Source: Eledone cirrhosa (lineage: Eukaryota). Taken from it: a DNA stretch of 64,000 nt. The notes below the pieces were generated by a model, which worked only from the letters and a program-made list of their open reading frames with translations, had not been told where the DNA came from and did not search any database. Within the stretch, counting starts at the first letter, position 1. Each line of letters begins with the position of its first letter. Where the stretch lies: the NCBI GenBank assembly GCA_964016885.1, contig OZ024754.1, forward strand, positions 22,010,001-22,074,000. The letters run 5' to 3'. The translations under genes were made by a program, and so were the position numbers. Below are positions 12,873 through 25,830 of this stretch, one piece after another.

Positions 12873-13960
12873 ATTATAGTATAATATATTTAAAGTATTT
12901 GCAAACATGAGAAATAAAAGACTTAATATTTTCTTCATCCCGAAGGTAATCCACATTAAATTATATTTAAAAAATTTATATTAAAGAGATTTTATATAAA
13001 AAAATAATAATCATTATATAATTTAGAAAGTAATTACAATTATAACTTTAAAAATTTTAAATTAACAATTAGAATGCCCTAAAGTATCCAAAGGCCTTAT
13101 AATTATACTTAAAAAGGATATTATTAAACTAGATATACGCATTTGTCTAAATTTATACAAAGAATATATTGTTTAAAGTTTAAGATGATATTAGTCAGTT
13201 ATATATAATATAATATAATAAATAAGTTACTGTTAATATTGTTAAAAGTAGGGTTTTACATCAATTATTATATTAGGATCATGTAATACATATATACCAT
13301 AAATATACAAATCAAAATTCATGAATCATAAAAGATAAGAACCAGATTCAAAATAAATAAATAAATGGTTTGCGATCCTATAAGTGTCAAATATCTAAGC
13401 TATATAATTTAAAAATACAAGAACTTTTTTAAGGATCTATATTATAGTATAATATCATATTTAACGTTTCTGCAAACATGAGAAAGAAAATACTTAAGAT
13501 TTTCATCAACCCGAAGGTAACCCAAATTTAATTATATTAAAAAAATAATCATTATATAATTTAGAAAATATTTAACAATTATAACACTAGAATGTCCTTA
13601 GGTATCAAAGGTACTTATAAATGTACCTAGAAGGATGTTATTAAACTAGATATACACATTTGTCTAAATACATAAAGAGTATTCTGTTTAAAACTCAAGA
13701 CGATATTAGTGATCTATATACATATAATAAGTAATAAATACAATTATTGTTAATAATGTTATAATTGAAGATTTACATCAAGTTAAGTGGAAAAAGTTTG
13801 TCGACTAGGATCGTGTGCGACACATATACCATAAATATATAAATCAAACGTCTTGAACCTTAACAACAACATATTCCAAATAAATAAATGAATGATATAC
13901 GGTTCCTTGTAACTGTTAACCATATAATCTATATATTTAAAAAAATAGAAAATCACAACA
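12873..13960. repeat. Diverged tandem duplication (~570-bp period) inside the PLE 3' UTR
   Basis: ATTATAGTATAATAT..GCAAACATGAGAAA..CCCGAAGGTAA begins at both ~12873 and 13441. Confidence 0.8.
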
Positions 13961-15465
13961 AAATTAAATGTACTTACACAATCAAATGATATGCATATTC
14001 ATCAAGAGATCATGTTAACAGTCTATATGTTTATATATTTATATAGAACCCTTAATCTAACATTAATCATATCGTAAATGAATAAAAATTATTATAAGGT
14101 TTTATAATCTGTTATAGTATCATTTTACGCACTCAGTTGATAAGAAACGTCAAAAATTAGAACTTATTTATTCAGTGTTTTTTCCTGACTTTTTGCGAGG
14201 CTTGGAATGTAGAAGAAGCTTTATGTAGGCAATTTGAGAATAATTCACTATTTTTGTTAATTAAATTTTCATAATTATTAATTATTAATAGGGTGTCCAT
14301 AGTACAAAGATTGCAGTTAGGTGATATTGAAGAATTCAAGTAGATTCGACTATTACACAGCTTTGACCAAGAAATCGAGTATTTTAAATTTTTGTCTTTT
14401 AATGACCATATAAGTTGTGATAAAGAAATCGAAGATTTCCTATTAGGATTCGAAAAAGAACATTTGTGATTCGAAAATCTTAATTTAAATGTCGATGAAG
14501 TTGCACCAATATAGTTGTATGTGATGTTATTTGCTTTTACGGTGCATTTATAGACCAGATTGCTATCCAGACAATAATTTTGCAGAGGGAAATTTGATCT
14601 ATTTCTACAATTACATTTCAATTTATTGTTATTACTATAAATTGGACAATTGACATTAACATTGCTAGTACTTTGAAGTGTTCTATTGATAGTGCTTAGA
14701 TTAATGTTATTGTTATTCCTAGTATTAATATTGCTAGTGTTATTATATTCCTTATCCCTAATTGTTTGTTGGTTATGATTTAGAATTCTACTATTTATTT
14801 TTGATATGTTCTGGGCCATATTCATAGTTGTAGAATAAGAAAGCTTAATTATGTGTCTGTTAAATATGGAACGGTATTTGAGTTGAATGGGGAAGCATTT
14901 ATCTAAAGCTTTAAAGAATAGATTTGCGAGTGGTGTTTTTATTGCTACAGATGCAGGAGGAGCAAACCATATAACTGATTTAGTTCTGATTTTTTTCCCC
15001 CAATTTATTCACGGTATTGGTGTTTGTATTATAATTTTTAGAGTCTCGTTTATATATGTTAGTCTTATTTTTATCAGGATTATAATTCAAATTATTATTA
15101 TCTATATATTCAATATTATTTTTATAACCTGCCTTACGTAGCGCGTCATTATAATATCCTGCGTTTTCATAAAATATGGATTTATTAGTGGATATTCTAG
15201 TTATGCGTTTCTGTACTCTCTTGACTATTGCATTTTTCACGGATTTAGGGTGATTAACGTAATTTAAGTTTTCATTGGGCTTATGGAAAGGGTAATAAAA
15301 TCCTGAGTTTAATAGTCTATTTCTAATTAACTTAAGGACTCGAAATTAAACCCTCATATAACTACACCCAGATATATTTGATATTTAGATTGATTGATTA
15401 TTTCTAGATAATTCAATGATTCAAAATTATTCTTTCACAAAGCTATGCCCAAATGTATATTTATA

Positions 15466-15507
<42 letters not shown>

Positions 15508-15909
15508 CATCATCTAATTATACGCTATTTATCCACGACAATACAAATCTCCCTCCCTATGCTTTATACTATAAAAAATATTCTTCCTTGTCTCTCTATC
15601 CTTAATCAATTCTCTATTGCTTTCGTGCATAAGATATTTCTATACTTCTAGTAACTATCTTTTTCCCCATCTGTTTCTCTCTCTGTCTTTCTTCTTTCTT
15701 CAATAATTTAAATTATTTGAATCTCTAACAGTTATGTAAATTGCTATTATGTATTTTTATAAGCTTTCTCACACGCACCCTCTGTATTATATGTAATTTT
15801 TTCATGTATCAATCTTAAGGTATATAAATATTGAGTTTTGTCATATCTTATTCCCCGCTATGACTGAATCTTAACTATCTACTAAGTCAGGGTATGTCAT
15901 GCATCATCT

Positions 15910-15976
15910 TATTTTATCTGATGAGGACGTACTGTTGAAGATAGCTCAGTACCTCTGAAATATGTATAATAAAATA
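15910..15976 (+). ncRNA. Type I hammerhead ribozyme (inverted pLTR)
   Basis: TATTTTAT-CTGATGA-GGAC GTACTG..CAGTAC CTCT-GAAA-TATGTA-TA-ATAAAATA; 8-bp stem I. Confidence 0.87.
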
Positions 15977-16020
15977 TACTTGATCACACGAATGTCTATT
16001 TTTGTTAATATTTTGAATTA

Positions 16021-16051
<31 letters not shown>

Positions 16052-16245
16052 CATATATATTAATTCAAAATATTAACAAAAATAGACATTAAATAAATAT
16101 ACACGGATGTGTATGATTGTGTATAGAAGATTATATTAATAAAAGGAATTCCAACTTTGTCTGATTTACTCGTTTTATTTACAATCCTTTGAAATGTATA
16201 ATGGTATTAGAATGAATGGTACAATATTAAATGTTAAGTGTTAAT

Positions 16246-16284
16246 TGAACAAGTTCTTTCATGCTTTCGCAATCTTCAGGTTCA
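16246..16284 (-). ncRNA. Candidate HHR lacking stem II (minizyme-like)
   Basis: TGAAC-CTGAAGA-TTGC-GAAA-G..C-TT-GTTCA. Confidence 0.45.
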
Positions 16285-16316
16285 CATTCTGTAGTAACAG
16301 TCAAGTTTGCGATTTT

Positions 16317-16374
<58 letters not shown>

Positions 16375-16448
16375 TTATACATATATATTTATATATATAT
16401 ATATATATATATACATACATATATATATATATTTATATATATATATAT

Positions 16449-16483
<35 letters not shown>

Positions 16484-16489
<6 letters not shown>

Positions 16490-17958
16490 CATCATCACCG
16501 TTTTACGTCCGTTCTTCCACGCTAGCATGGGTTAGACGGGTTGTCCTGTTGTGGGCAGTGTCTGGTCGGCTGACCATGCCTTGCTCATACAGGAACTGAT
16601 CTGGCTTGATTTCTACAGCTGGATGCCCTTCCTAACACCAACCTCATTTACAGTGAGTGCTGGGTGCTTTTTCGTGGCGCCTACACGTCCACTTTACAGT
16701 GTGGGCTGGGTGCTTTTTTGCCGTGGCACCTCCACGGCCACCTTGCGGTGGGGGGGGGGGGCATATTGTTTATATGCTTCAGCATGTACCCATGGGAGGT
16801 CGGGTACCCTGTATTACTGCGTGACGCCAGAAGTCACGGTCGTGTGTCATTGACTTTGAGAGGTGTAGTTGGGTAAGGTCGGCTTTTATCACCTCATCCC
16901 AAGTCATCTTGGGTCTCCCCACTCCGCGGTTTCCATCAACTTCTAGTGCTCTGCACCTTTTTATGCAGCTGTCATCCTTCATACGCATCACATGTCCATA
17001 CCAGCGTAACCGCCTCTCCTGCACGCAGCATTTGATTCCTTTTATGCTCAGTCTCTCTCTCAATTCCTTTATGCTTTGTCGTTCACGTATATTACTGTTA
17101 CACATCCATCGGAGCATGCAGGCTTCGTTTCTCTCTAATCTACGTAAGTCTTCCACCTTCAGTGCCCAGGTCTCACTACCATGCAACATCGCTGTTCGGA
17201 TACACGCATCATACAGTCTGCCTTTCATTCTGAGGGAGAAGCCTTTTGCAGCTAGCAGTGGTAGTAGTTCCCTAAACTTCTTCCATCCCGTTCTTACCCT
17301 AGTTATTGTACTTTCTGAGCACCCACCTCCGTTGCTAATTCGGTCACCTAGGTAGCAGAAGCTGTCTACTGTTTCTACAGGGCCCTCCCAGAGATTGGTG
17401 GTACTTGTTTCCTGTGGCTGTTTGCTTGCTGTTTCAGCACAGCTGCTGCATGTGAATCCTACATTCTTAATTAAGCTTCCTGAGATCCCGCTACATCTCT
17501 TGTGTACCCATTGTTTGCATTTGGGGCAGAGAATGGAGTTCCTACCTACACCTTTCCTACATACTGAGCAAGGCCATTTCCCTGAGGGGATCTGGGTTCT
17601 GTTTTCTCGTCTACTTACAAGGACCTTAGTCTTTGTCATGTTGACTTTGAGGCCCTTTCTCTCTAGTCCCTGCTTCCAGGTTTGGAATTTATTCTCTAGT
17701 TCTACCATAGATTCAGCTATGAGTGCGAGGTCATCAGCATACAGGAGTTCCCATGGGCATCCGGTCTTAAACTCCTCCGTTATTGCCTGCAGGACTATGA
17801 TGAACAGGAGAGGGCTAAGAACAGAGCCCTGGTGGACCCCAACCTGTACGCTAAATTCCTCGCTATACTCATTGCCAATCCTAACTTTGCTGACTGCTCC
17901 CCTATACATGGCTTGTACCGCTTTCACAAGCCATTCATCTACTCCTAGTTTTCTAAGA
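16484..17958 (-). mobile_element. RTE-clade LINE, 5'-truncated, distinct subfamily, open ORF 16779..17958
   Basis: LLYADDL, PHD-like finger, [10 protein letters not shown], (ATG)n tail. Confidence 0.92.
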
Positions 17959-19092
<1,134 letters not shown>

Positions 19093-19095
<3 letters not shown>

Positions 19096-19529
19096 CATAC
19101 ATATATATATACATGGTGGCTGCCAACTCGTTTTCAAGTACGGCCACTACTTTATATCCATGTAGGAGAACCCCTACCGATGCGCTGAACGAGTGTGACT
19201 TTTTAGTCCAGCCAGCGACTTGAAAACTCTGGTACAAACACTACAATTGCGACAATTATTGACACATAGTGCTGGGCCCATGGTACCATGTGACGACAAG
19301 TGCAGAGAGATCTCCAGATATAAAGCAATGCCTGTGCCGTGAAGTTTTTATAGTGAGCAAAGGCACTGCACAAAGCCAGTCCCACTCTCTTAACCAAGAT
19401 GATATTTACCAAAAAGAACAAGTCAACATCATTGGATACCAACAGGGTTGCAGGTGTTATATCAGAGTTTTCCTTCTCCTAGAATTCTGCCTTGACAAAG
19501 GCTAAGGGGTCATCTCTCACCTTTGCCCT
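19093..19529 (-). mobile_element. Bipartite non-autonomous RTE derivative (5' UTR segment joined to the 3' zinc-finger/3' UTR end)
   Basis: The 5' part resembles 29580-29665. The 3' part encodes [22 protein letters not shown] and ends GGCCGTACTTGAAAACGAGTTGGCAGCCACCAT, like 39606-39638. Confidence 0.7.
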
Positions 19530-19787
19530 TATATATGTATATATATATATATATATATATACATACATATATATACATATATGCATATATATACATATAT
19601 ATATGTATGTATATTTATACATATATATATATATGTATGTATATTTATACATATATATATATATGTAAATATAATGTATTTTGCAATACACTTTATGCTT
19701 AATTAAAAGCATTTTGAAGACCGTAAGCTATTGTTTTAAAGTAGTGACAAATTCACTCACTTCGATCTCAGCAAACAGGAGGAGATA

Positions 19788-19835
19788 AGCCGACATGACA
19801 TGTTTCGCTTTTGTTGAAGCTTATCAAGGCCAACT
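19788..19835 (-). ncRNA. Variant HHR with U3-A8 core
   Basis: AGTTGGC-C-TTGATAA-GCTT..AAGC-GAAA-CATG-TC-AT-GTCGGCT; stem I is wobble-rich. Confidence 0.6.
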
Positions 19836-20143
19836 ACCCCGCCCGTCTACTGAGATCAATGATGTTATATTCTTATAGAAATCTAGTAAATAATCAGGAG
19901 CTGATTATGCAGAGCGGTTGTTGGTCAGGCAGAAATTAAAAATTAGAATTGTAGCTCTGAAATAGCAATATATATATGGATGTAAATATAATGTATTTTG
20001 CAATACACTTTATGCTTAATTAAAAGCATTTTAAAGACCGTAAGCTATTGTTTTAAAGTAGTGACAAATTCACTCACTTCGATCTCAGCAAACAGGAGGA
20101 GATAAGCCGACATGACATGTTTCGCTCAGTAGACGGGCGGGGT

Positions 20144-20191
20144 AGTTGGCCTTGATAAGCTTCAACAAAAGCGAAACATGTCATGTCGGCT
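20144..20191 (+). ncRNA. Variant HHR with U3-A8 core (inverted copy)
   Basis: Same motif as 19788-19835 on the plus strand. Confidence 0.6.
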
Positions 20192-20200
20192 TATCTCCTC

Positions 20201-20319
20201 CTTATGGCTAAGTCTCCCAGGTAGGAAATTTTACTCATGTTAGTTAGTTTCACCAGGCCTCTGACATTCAGCAGCAGCACTGGTGTGACTTTTTGGGTGC
20301 GAGTAATGGCTGTCGTTAT

Positions 20320-20323
<4 letters not shown>
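20201..20323 (-). mobile_element. Short 5' fragment of the CR1-group element
   Basis: Near-identical reverse complement of ~25830-25952. Confidence 0.85.
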
Positions 20324-20357
<34 letters not shown>

Positions 20358-20358
<1 letters not shown>

Positions 20359-20517
20359 CAAAGGAAATGTGGTAAGGAACCAGACGGACCATAACGCACC
20401 AAAGTACTCAATACTTAGGGTAGTAGAGTGGGTAATAGGAACGAGTAGGACCCCGACGGCTGAGCTCAAGCCGTTTCGACGGCTAATTCTGGACTAGTCC
20501 AGAATTAGCCGTGGAAA
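20358..20517 (-). mobile_element. Probable PLE-type 3' tip with half HHR and fold-back palindrome
   Basis: Minus strand reads GAAA-CGGCT..AGCCG-TC; 44-bp palindrome at 20474-20517 with one mismatch. Confidence 0.5.
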
Positions 20518-20559
20518 TATATATATATATATAAATATATCTAAGGCGGGTAAAATCCC

Positions 20560-20873
20560 GAGATCCATGGACGAGTTCTCTCCAGCGGTCTCTGTCCCTC
20601 ATTATCGCTGCCATGTCCTGAGGATGGCTCTGAACATTAATCAGTATACACTGAGGATGAAAAACTCAGAGTTGTATGGGAGCATCCCAAAAGTCAGCTC
20701 AAAAGTGACACAGAGGCAACTGAGGTTAGCTGGACATGCTCACCGACATCCAGAGTTGACATTGCACTCAGTGCTCCTGTGGAAGCCCCTACATGGACAC
20801 ACTAGAAGAGGAAGACCAAGGTTAACGTATGTTGATGCCCTAAGGACAGACACTGGTCTGTTGGAGACGCAGG
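20560..20873 (+). pseudogene. RTE-group LINE C-terminal fragment
   Basis: [34 protein letters not shown]. Confidence 0.8.
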
Positions 20874-20974
20874 ATATATATATATATATACATATATATA
20901 TACATATATATATATACATATATATATACATATATATATATATACATATATATATATACATACATATATATATA

Positions 20975-21454
20975 TGTATGTATGTACACGTACATACATA
21001 TATGTATACAGACGTACAGTAGTATGTATATATATATATACATATATGTACACATATATATGTACGTATGGATTCACCGAACATTTATTATAATGCTCGT
21101 TGTGTTTGTAAACAAACATCCCGAATTAAGCCGTACAGTGTCTAGCAACCATCGTTGCTCATTTGTTCAACACTGACAAAGGAACGCTGTACTAGTTTCA
21201 AGCTTATTAGCTATCGTCAGCAACGTATACCTTCCTGCCAGATGGTTGAACGTCTGAAAGTATATACTTTCCTTATGTATATTAACGGCTGAGCAGCCTA
21301 ATTTGCATATCAAGTGAGTTAATCGGCCGGGGTACCGAACTAGTACAGTGTTCCTTTGTCAGTATTGAACAAATGAGCAACGTGTACATACTTATATTTA
21401 GGTAACAGCCGTACTAAGAGTGAGAAATGAAATTTCGTTTCATTTTTTCCGTTT
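20975..21454 (-). mobile_element. Family A copy (minus strand) with inverted, internally deleted segment 21340-21454
   Basis: Homology to 3238-4051; HHR at 21184-21226(-) with CTGACGA core and stem I ACGTTG/CAGCGT. Confidence 0.85.
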
Positions 21455-21462
21455 ATATAGAT

Positions 21463-21614
<152 letters not shown>

Positions 21615-21618
21615 ATAT

Positions 21619-21649
<31 letters not shown>

Positions 21650-21832
21650 CAATATATTAAATGGAAACTATATTTGTAAAACCATATTTATTTCATTATA
21701 CATACTTCAAGGACACCAAAGCAAATTATGGTGCGCTTTCATCAGATAAAATATAATATAGATAAGTTTTATAAACAAATATTGACATACCCTTAAAGAA
21801 TGCAACCATGTCGGTTGGAAGCTCCCGGATAT
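21650..21832 (-). mobile_element. PLE 3' tip related to the 9782 family, with degenerate HHR (GAAG instead of GAAA)
   Basis: Similar to 9785-9960; HHR-like motif at 21689-21752. Confidence 0.7.
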
Positions 21833-21917
21833 TTTATTCCAAAAAATTTGTTGTGTGCTTTATATCAGTTATAAAAAATATGTGCTTGTTGTATCCCAAC
21901 AAATTAAATACAACTTC

Positions 21918-21950
<33 letters not shown>

Positions 21951-21951
<1 letters not shown>

Positions 21952-24900
21952 AACGTTTGAATATGTATAATAAAGCCAAAACAATGCAGGTATGGACATA
22001 GAAAAAAGAATGCAATTGCAAAAGATATTGTTGACAATTCGTCTTTTACCTTAGATTTATTTAAATGTCCTTAATTTTCGAGATAATATCTCTTCTTCAG
22101 AGGGAAATAAAGGTCTCAAACCAGCGTTCTAAATATCTTGCCAAGCCATGCTGCCAGGAAATAGTATAGATTATCTGTTCTATCTCTAATGTCAAAGAGT
22201 TAAAATTAGGTGGATAAAGAGTAGTCTCCCTTTAAAAGGGGTTTGTTTAGGTTTTTTTTTATATACATGCCTGTTTAAGTGTGTGGGAGAATGCATGAAG
22301 GTGTGAGTGTGTGTGTGTGCGTGTGAGAAGATAAGTCTATTCGTAAATGTGGGGGATAGGTGTTATCTGGTGTTAGAACTGGTTTTGTGTGTGTATGTGT
22401 GAGAGAGAATAAGTGGAGGTGTAAGCGTGCGTGTGTGTGTATGGGGTGTGTAAATATAGGGCTAGAAGCCCTATCAGGTTATAAATTGGGTGTTGAGTTC
22501 TAGTCTATTATTGATAGGTGGTTGTGTTTTATCTATAATTAGTGCTTCCTTAATTCTAAGATTGCCGAGGTTTCTTTCCTTAGTTTCTATCCTAACTGTT
22601 ATGGTTTTGTCGGTGTTTTTGCATTTAACTAGGTGTTTCTTAAATGAGGAAGCGTTAGTATTGAGGTGTTCTTTTATTCTTATGTGGAGTGGTCTGGTGG
22701 TACTACCTACATAGAAGTTGTTGCATTTGTCACACTCTAGTCTGTATATGACGTAAGCCTGGTGGCATAGGTCTGTGTCGTTGATGGGGCAGTTGGCTAG
22801 TCTGCAGCAGTTGTCATGTCTGGTGGAGTGTCTTTTGGCTAGCTGTCCGCGCAGAGAAGGACCTGAGTGGGCCAGTTGGATATCTAGTCCTTCTCGTCTG
22901 ATGGCTCTGCGGATGGCTGTTGTTGTTTCTTCACTGAAGTGTGGGAGCTTCAGGAAGCAAGTGTTAGTGCCTCGGGTGTGGTGTCCTCTGTTCTTTCTGG
23001 CACGGTTTGTGGTGGATGTAGTGTATCCGTTCAGTTTGAGTACTTCCAGGAAATGTGTGGTGTGTGTGTCTCGGTCTCTGGCGTCGGTGCATTTGTTTTT
23101 GATACGTGCCAGTTCGTTCCTTATGTATCCGAACTTGGCACCGAGTGGGAGGGCCGATCTGAAATGTACGAACAGGTCCCTGCTGGCGGATTTTTTATAG
23201 AAGCAGGTGTGGATGTTGCCTTCCTCTGTTACCCTGAGTTGGAAGTCCAGCAGGGATAGGGATCCGCGGTCATCGGGGTATTCCATGCTGAACTTTATAC
23301 TGGCGTCCATGCTGGAGAATATTGTGTATATTTTATCTGCCTCCTCACGGGATGTAAGGATGAGTATGTCATCTACATATCGGGTGAAGAAGGCATGGGA
23401 ATGGCAGGTGTTGAGGGCTCGGTATTCTAGCTGGTTCATGTAGGTGATGGCCAGCAGGCCCGAAAGGCTGGATCCCATGGGTAATCCTGTTGTCTGTCTG
23501 TATGTGTGGTGGTGGAAGGTGAAGTACGTGTTGTCTACTGTGAAGGACAAAAGCTGGTGTATGTCCGTCGGGTGGAGGCCGTAGCAGTGGATGTTCTCTG
23601 CGACCACGCAGTCCGTCAATAAATCGACAGCTGGGTGAGCGGGGACTGTAGTGTAGAGGGAGACAACGTCGAGGCTAAAAGCGTATTTATTTAGTTTAAG
23701 TTGTTCTGGCTGGAGTTGGTGTAGTCTACGTATGACTTCGTCGGAGCTACTGACATGCCCGGGAAAGGTGGAGAGTAGAGGCTTGAGGACCTGGGAGAGA
23801 AGCCAGGAAATTTTGTATAGGGGTCCTTCTATGCTAGAGACGATGGGTCTTATTTGCGTCTTAGTGCTATTCTTGTGGGTCTTGATGAGGTGGTAGAAAG
23901 TGGGCAGCCTGCTATTTCTAGTGGTGTAGTTGAGCTTAACTTTATTTGGGAGTTGTCTTCTCCTACAGATATCGAACCAGATGGAGTTGGTCTGTTTTTC
24001 GATCTGGGCTGCAGTCATGTCCGGCATCTCTGTGTATAGTTCATTGTCGCTTAGGTGTTCAAAGGCTAGGTTATTGTATGTGGCTTGAGAGATGACGCAA
24101 AACTCTTTACCTTTGTCGGATGGTAAGTATATAAGTTCCTTATTCCGTAGGTTCTTCAGGGCGAGTTGTTGTGTCCTGGAGAGGTTTGGGGCTATCTTCT
24201 TCTGTTTCCGTAAGATGTTAAATACGGAATGTTTTAGTCTCGAGAGTTTTTCTTCAAGCTCGCGGTTGGCAGGCGGTGGCCAGAGTGGGTGATCTAGTTG
24301 GTATATCGGGAATCTGGGTTTGATAGATTCCGTGGTGTTGTTGCCGAGAGTCGATATCCATTTTAGTTGGTATGCAGCCCGACAGAAATTCGTTACTATG
24401 TCGAGCCATAGTTTGTCATCCAGTCTCTGTTTCAATATGAACTTGGGACCCAGGCTGAGGAGGTCTAATTCCTCTCTTCTATAAAAAAGCCGCCAGCAGG
24501 GACCTGTTCGTACATTTCAGATCGGCCCTCCCACTCGGTGCCAAGTTCGGATGCATAAGGAACGAACTGGCACATATCCGGAACAAATGCACCGACGCCA
24601 GAGACCGAGACACACACACACCACACATTTCCTGGAAGTACTCAAACTGAACGGATACACGACATCCACCACAAACCGTGCCAGAAAGAACAGAGAACAC
24701 CACACCCGAGGCACTAACACTTGCTTCCTGAAGCTCCCACACTTCAGTGAAGAAACAACAACAGCCATCCGCAGAGCCATCAGACGAGAAGGACTAGATA
24801 TCCAACTGGCCCACTCAGGTCCTTCTCTTCGCGGACAGCTAGCCAAAAGACACTCCACCAGACATGACAACTGCTGCAGACTAGCCAACTGCCCCATCAA

Positions 24901-25803
24901 CGACACAGACCTATGCCACCAGGCTTACGTCGTATACAGACTAGAGTGTGACAAATGCAACAACTTCTACATAGGTAGCACCACCAGACAACTCCACATA
25001 AGAATAAAAGAACACCTCAATACTAACGCTTCCTCATTTAAGAAACACCTAGTTAAATGCAAAAACACCAACAAAACCATAACAGTTAGGATAGAAACTA
25101 AGGAAAGAAACCTCGGCAATCTTAGAATTAAGGAAGCACTAATTATAGATAAAACACAACCACCAATCAATAATAGACTAGAACTCAACACCCAATTTAT
25201 AACCTGATAGGGCTTCTAGCCCCATATTTACACACCCCATACACACACACGCACGCACACACACACACGCTTACACCTCCACTTATTCTCTCTCACACAT
25301 ACACACACAAAACCAGTTCTAACACCAGATAACACCTATCCCCCACATTTACGAATAGACTTATCTTCTCACACACACACACTCACATACTTACACCTTC
25401 ATGCATTCTCCCACACACTTAAACAGGCATGTATATAAAAAATATATATTAAAAAAACCCTAAACAAACTCCTTTTAAAGGGAGACTACTCTTTATCCAC
25501 CTAATTTTAACTCTTTGACATTAGAGATAGAACAGATACTCTATACTATTTCCTGGCAGCATGGCTTGGCAAGATATTTAGAACGCTGGTTTGAGACCTT
25601 TATTTCCCTCTGAAGAAGAGATATTATCTCGAAAATTAAGGACGTTTAAAATAAATCTAAGGTAAAAGACAAATTGTCAACAATATCTTTTGCAATTGCA
25701 TTCTTTTTTCTATGTCCATACCTGCATTGTTTTGGCTTTATTATACATATTCAAACGTTTATACCTCATTACACAATGCTTCAAGTGAACTATAACCTCC
25801 TCC
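21951..25803 (-). mobile_element. PLE (YVDD type, Penelope/Poseidon-like) with ~1.25-kb inverted duplication
   Basis: Minus-strand ORF, then plus-strand inverted copy 24476-25759 of 21951-23203. Minimal HHR-like motifs at 22067-22105(-) and 25605-25643(+): CCT-CTGAAGA-AGAGAT..ATCTC-GAAA-AT-TA-AGG. Confidence 0.92.
22474..24478 (-). CDS. PLE RT + GIY-YIG endonuclease, 5'-truncated, uninterrupted
   Basis: SDKG, KTHK, IRPIVS, SLDVVSLYT, GLPMGSSLS, RYVDDI, VIYRLECDKC..YVGST.R. Confidence 0.9.
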
Positions 25804-25830
25804 TATATATATATATATATATATATATAT

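Larger units (their letters stand above)
12040..16021 (-). mobile_element. PLE (Naiad-type) 5'-truncated copy with ~2.1-kb 3' UTR and ~700-bp inverted pseudo-LTR (12040-12735 vs 15315-16021)
   Basis: ORF pieces 14980-15240 and 14172-14825 with WFAPP, KLSYST, CNCRN, YIGATS, CNLC. The inverted repeat was read directly. Confidence 0.88.
19664..20200 (-). mobile_element. Family C non-coding HHR partial tandem (317-bp period) with inverted 5' segment
   Basis: 19664-19809 recurs at 19981-20126; 20125-20200 is the reverse complement of ~19778-19853. Confidence 0.75.
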
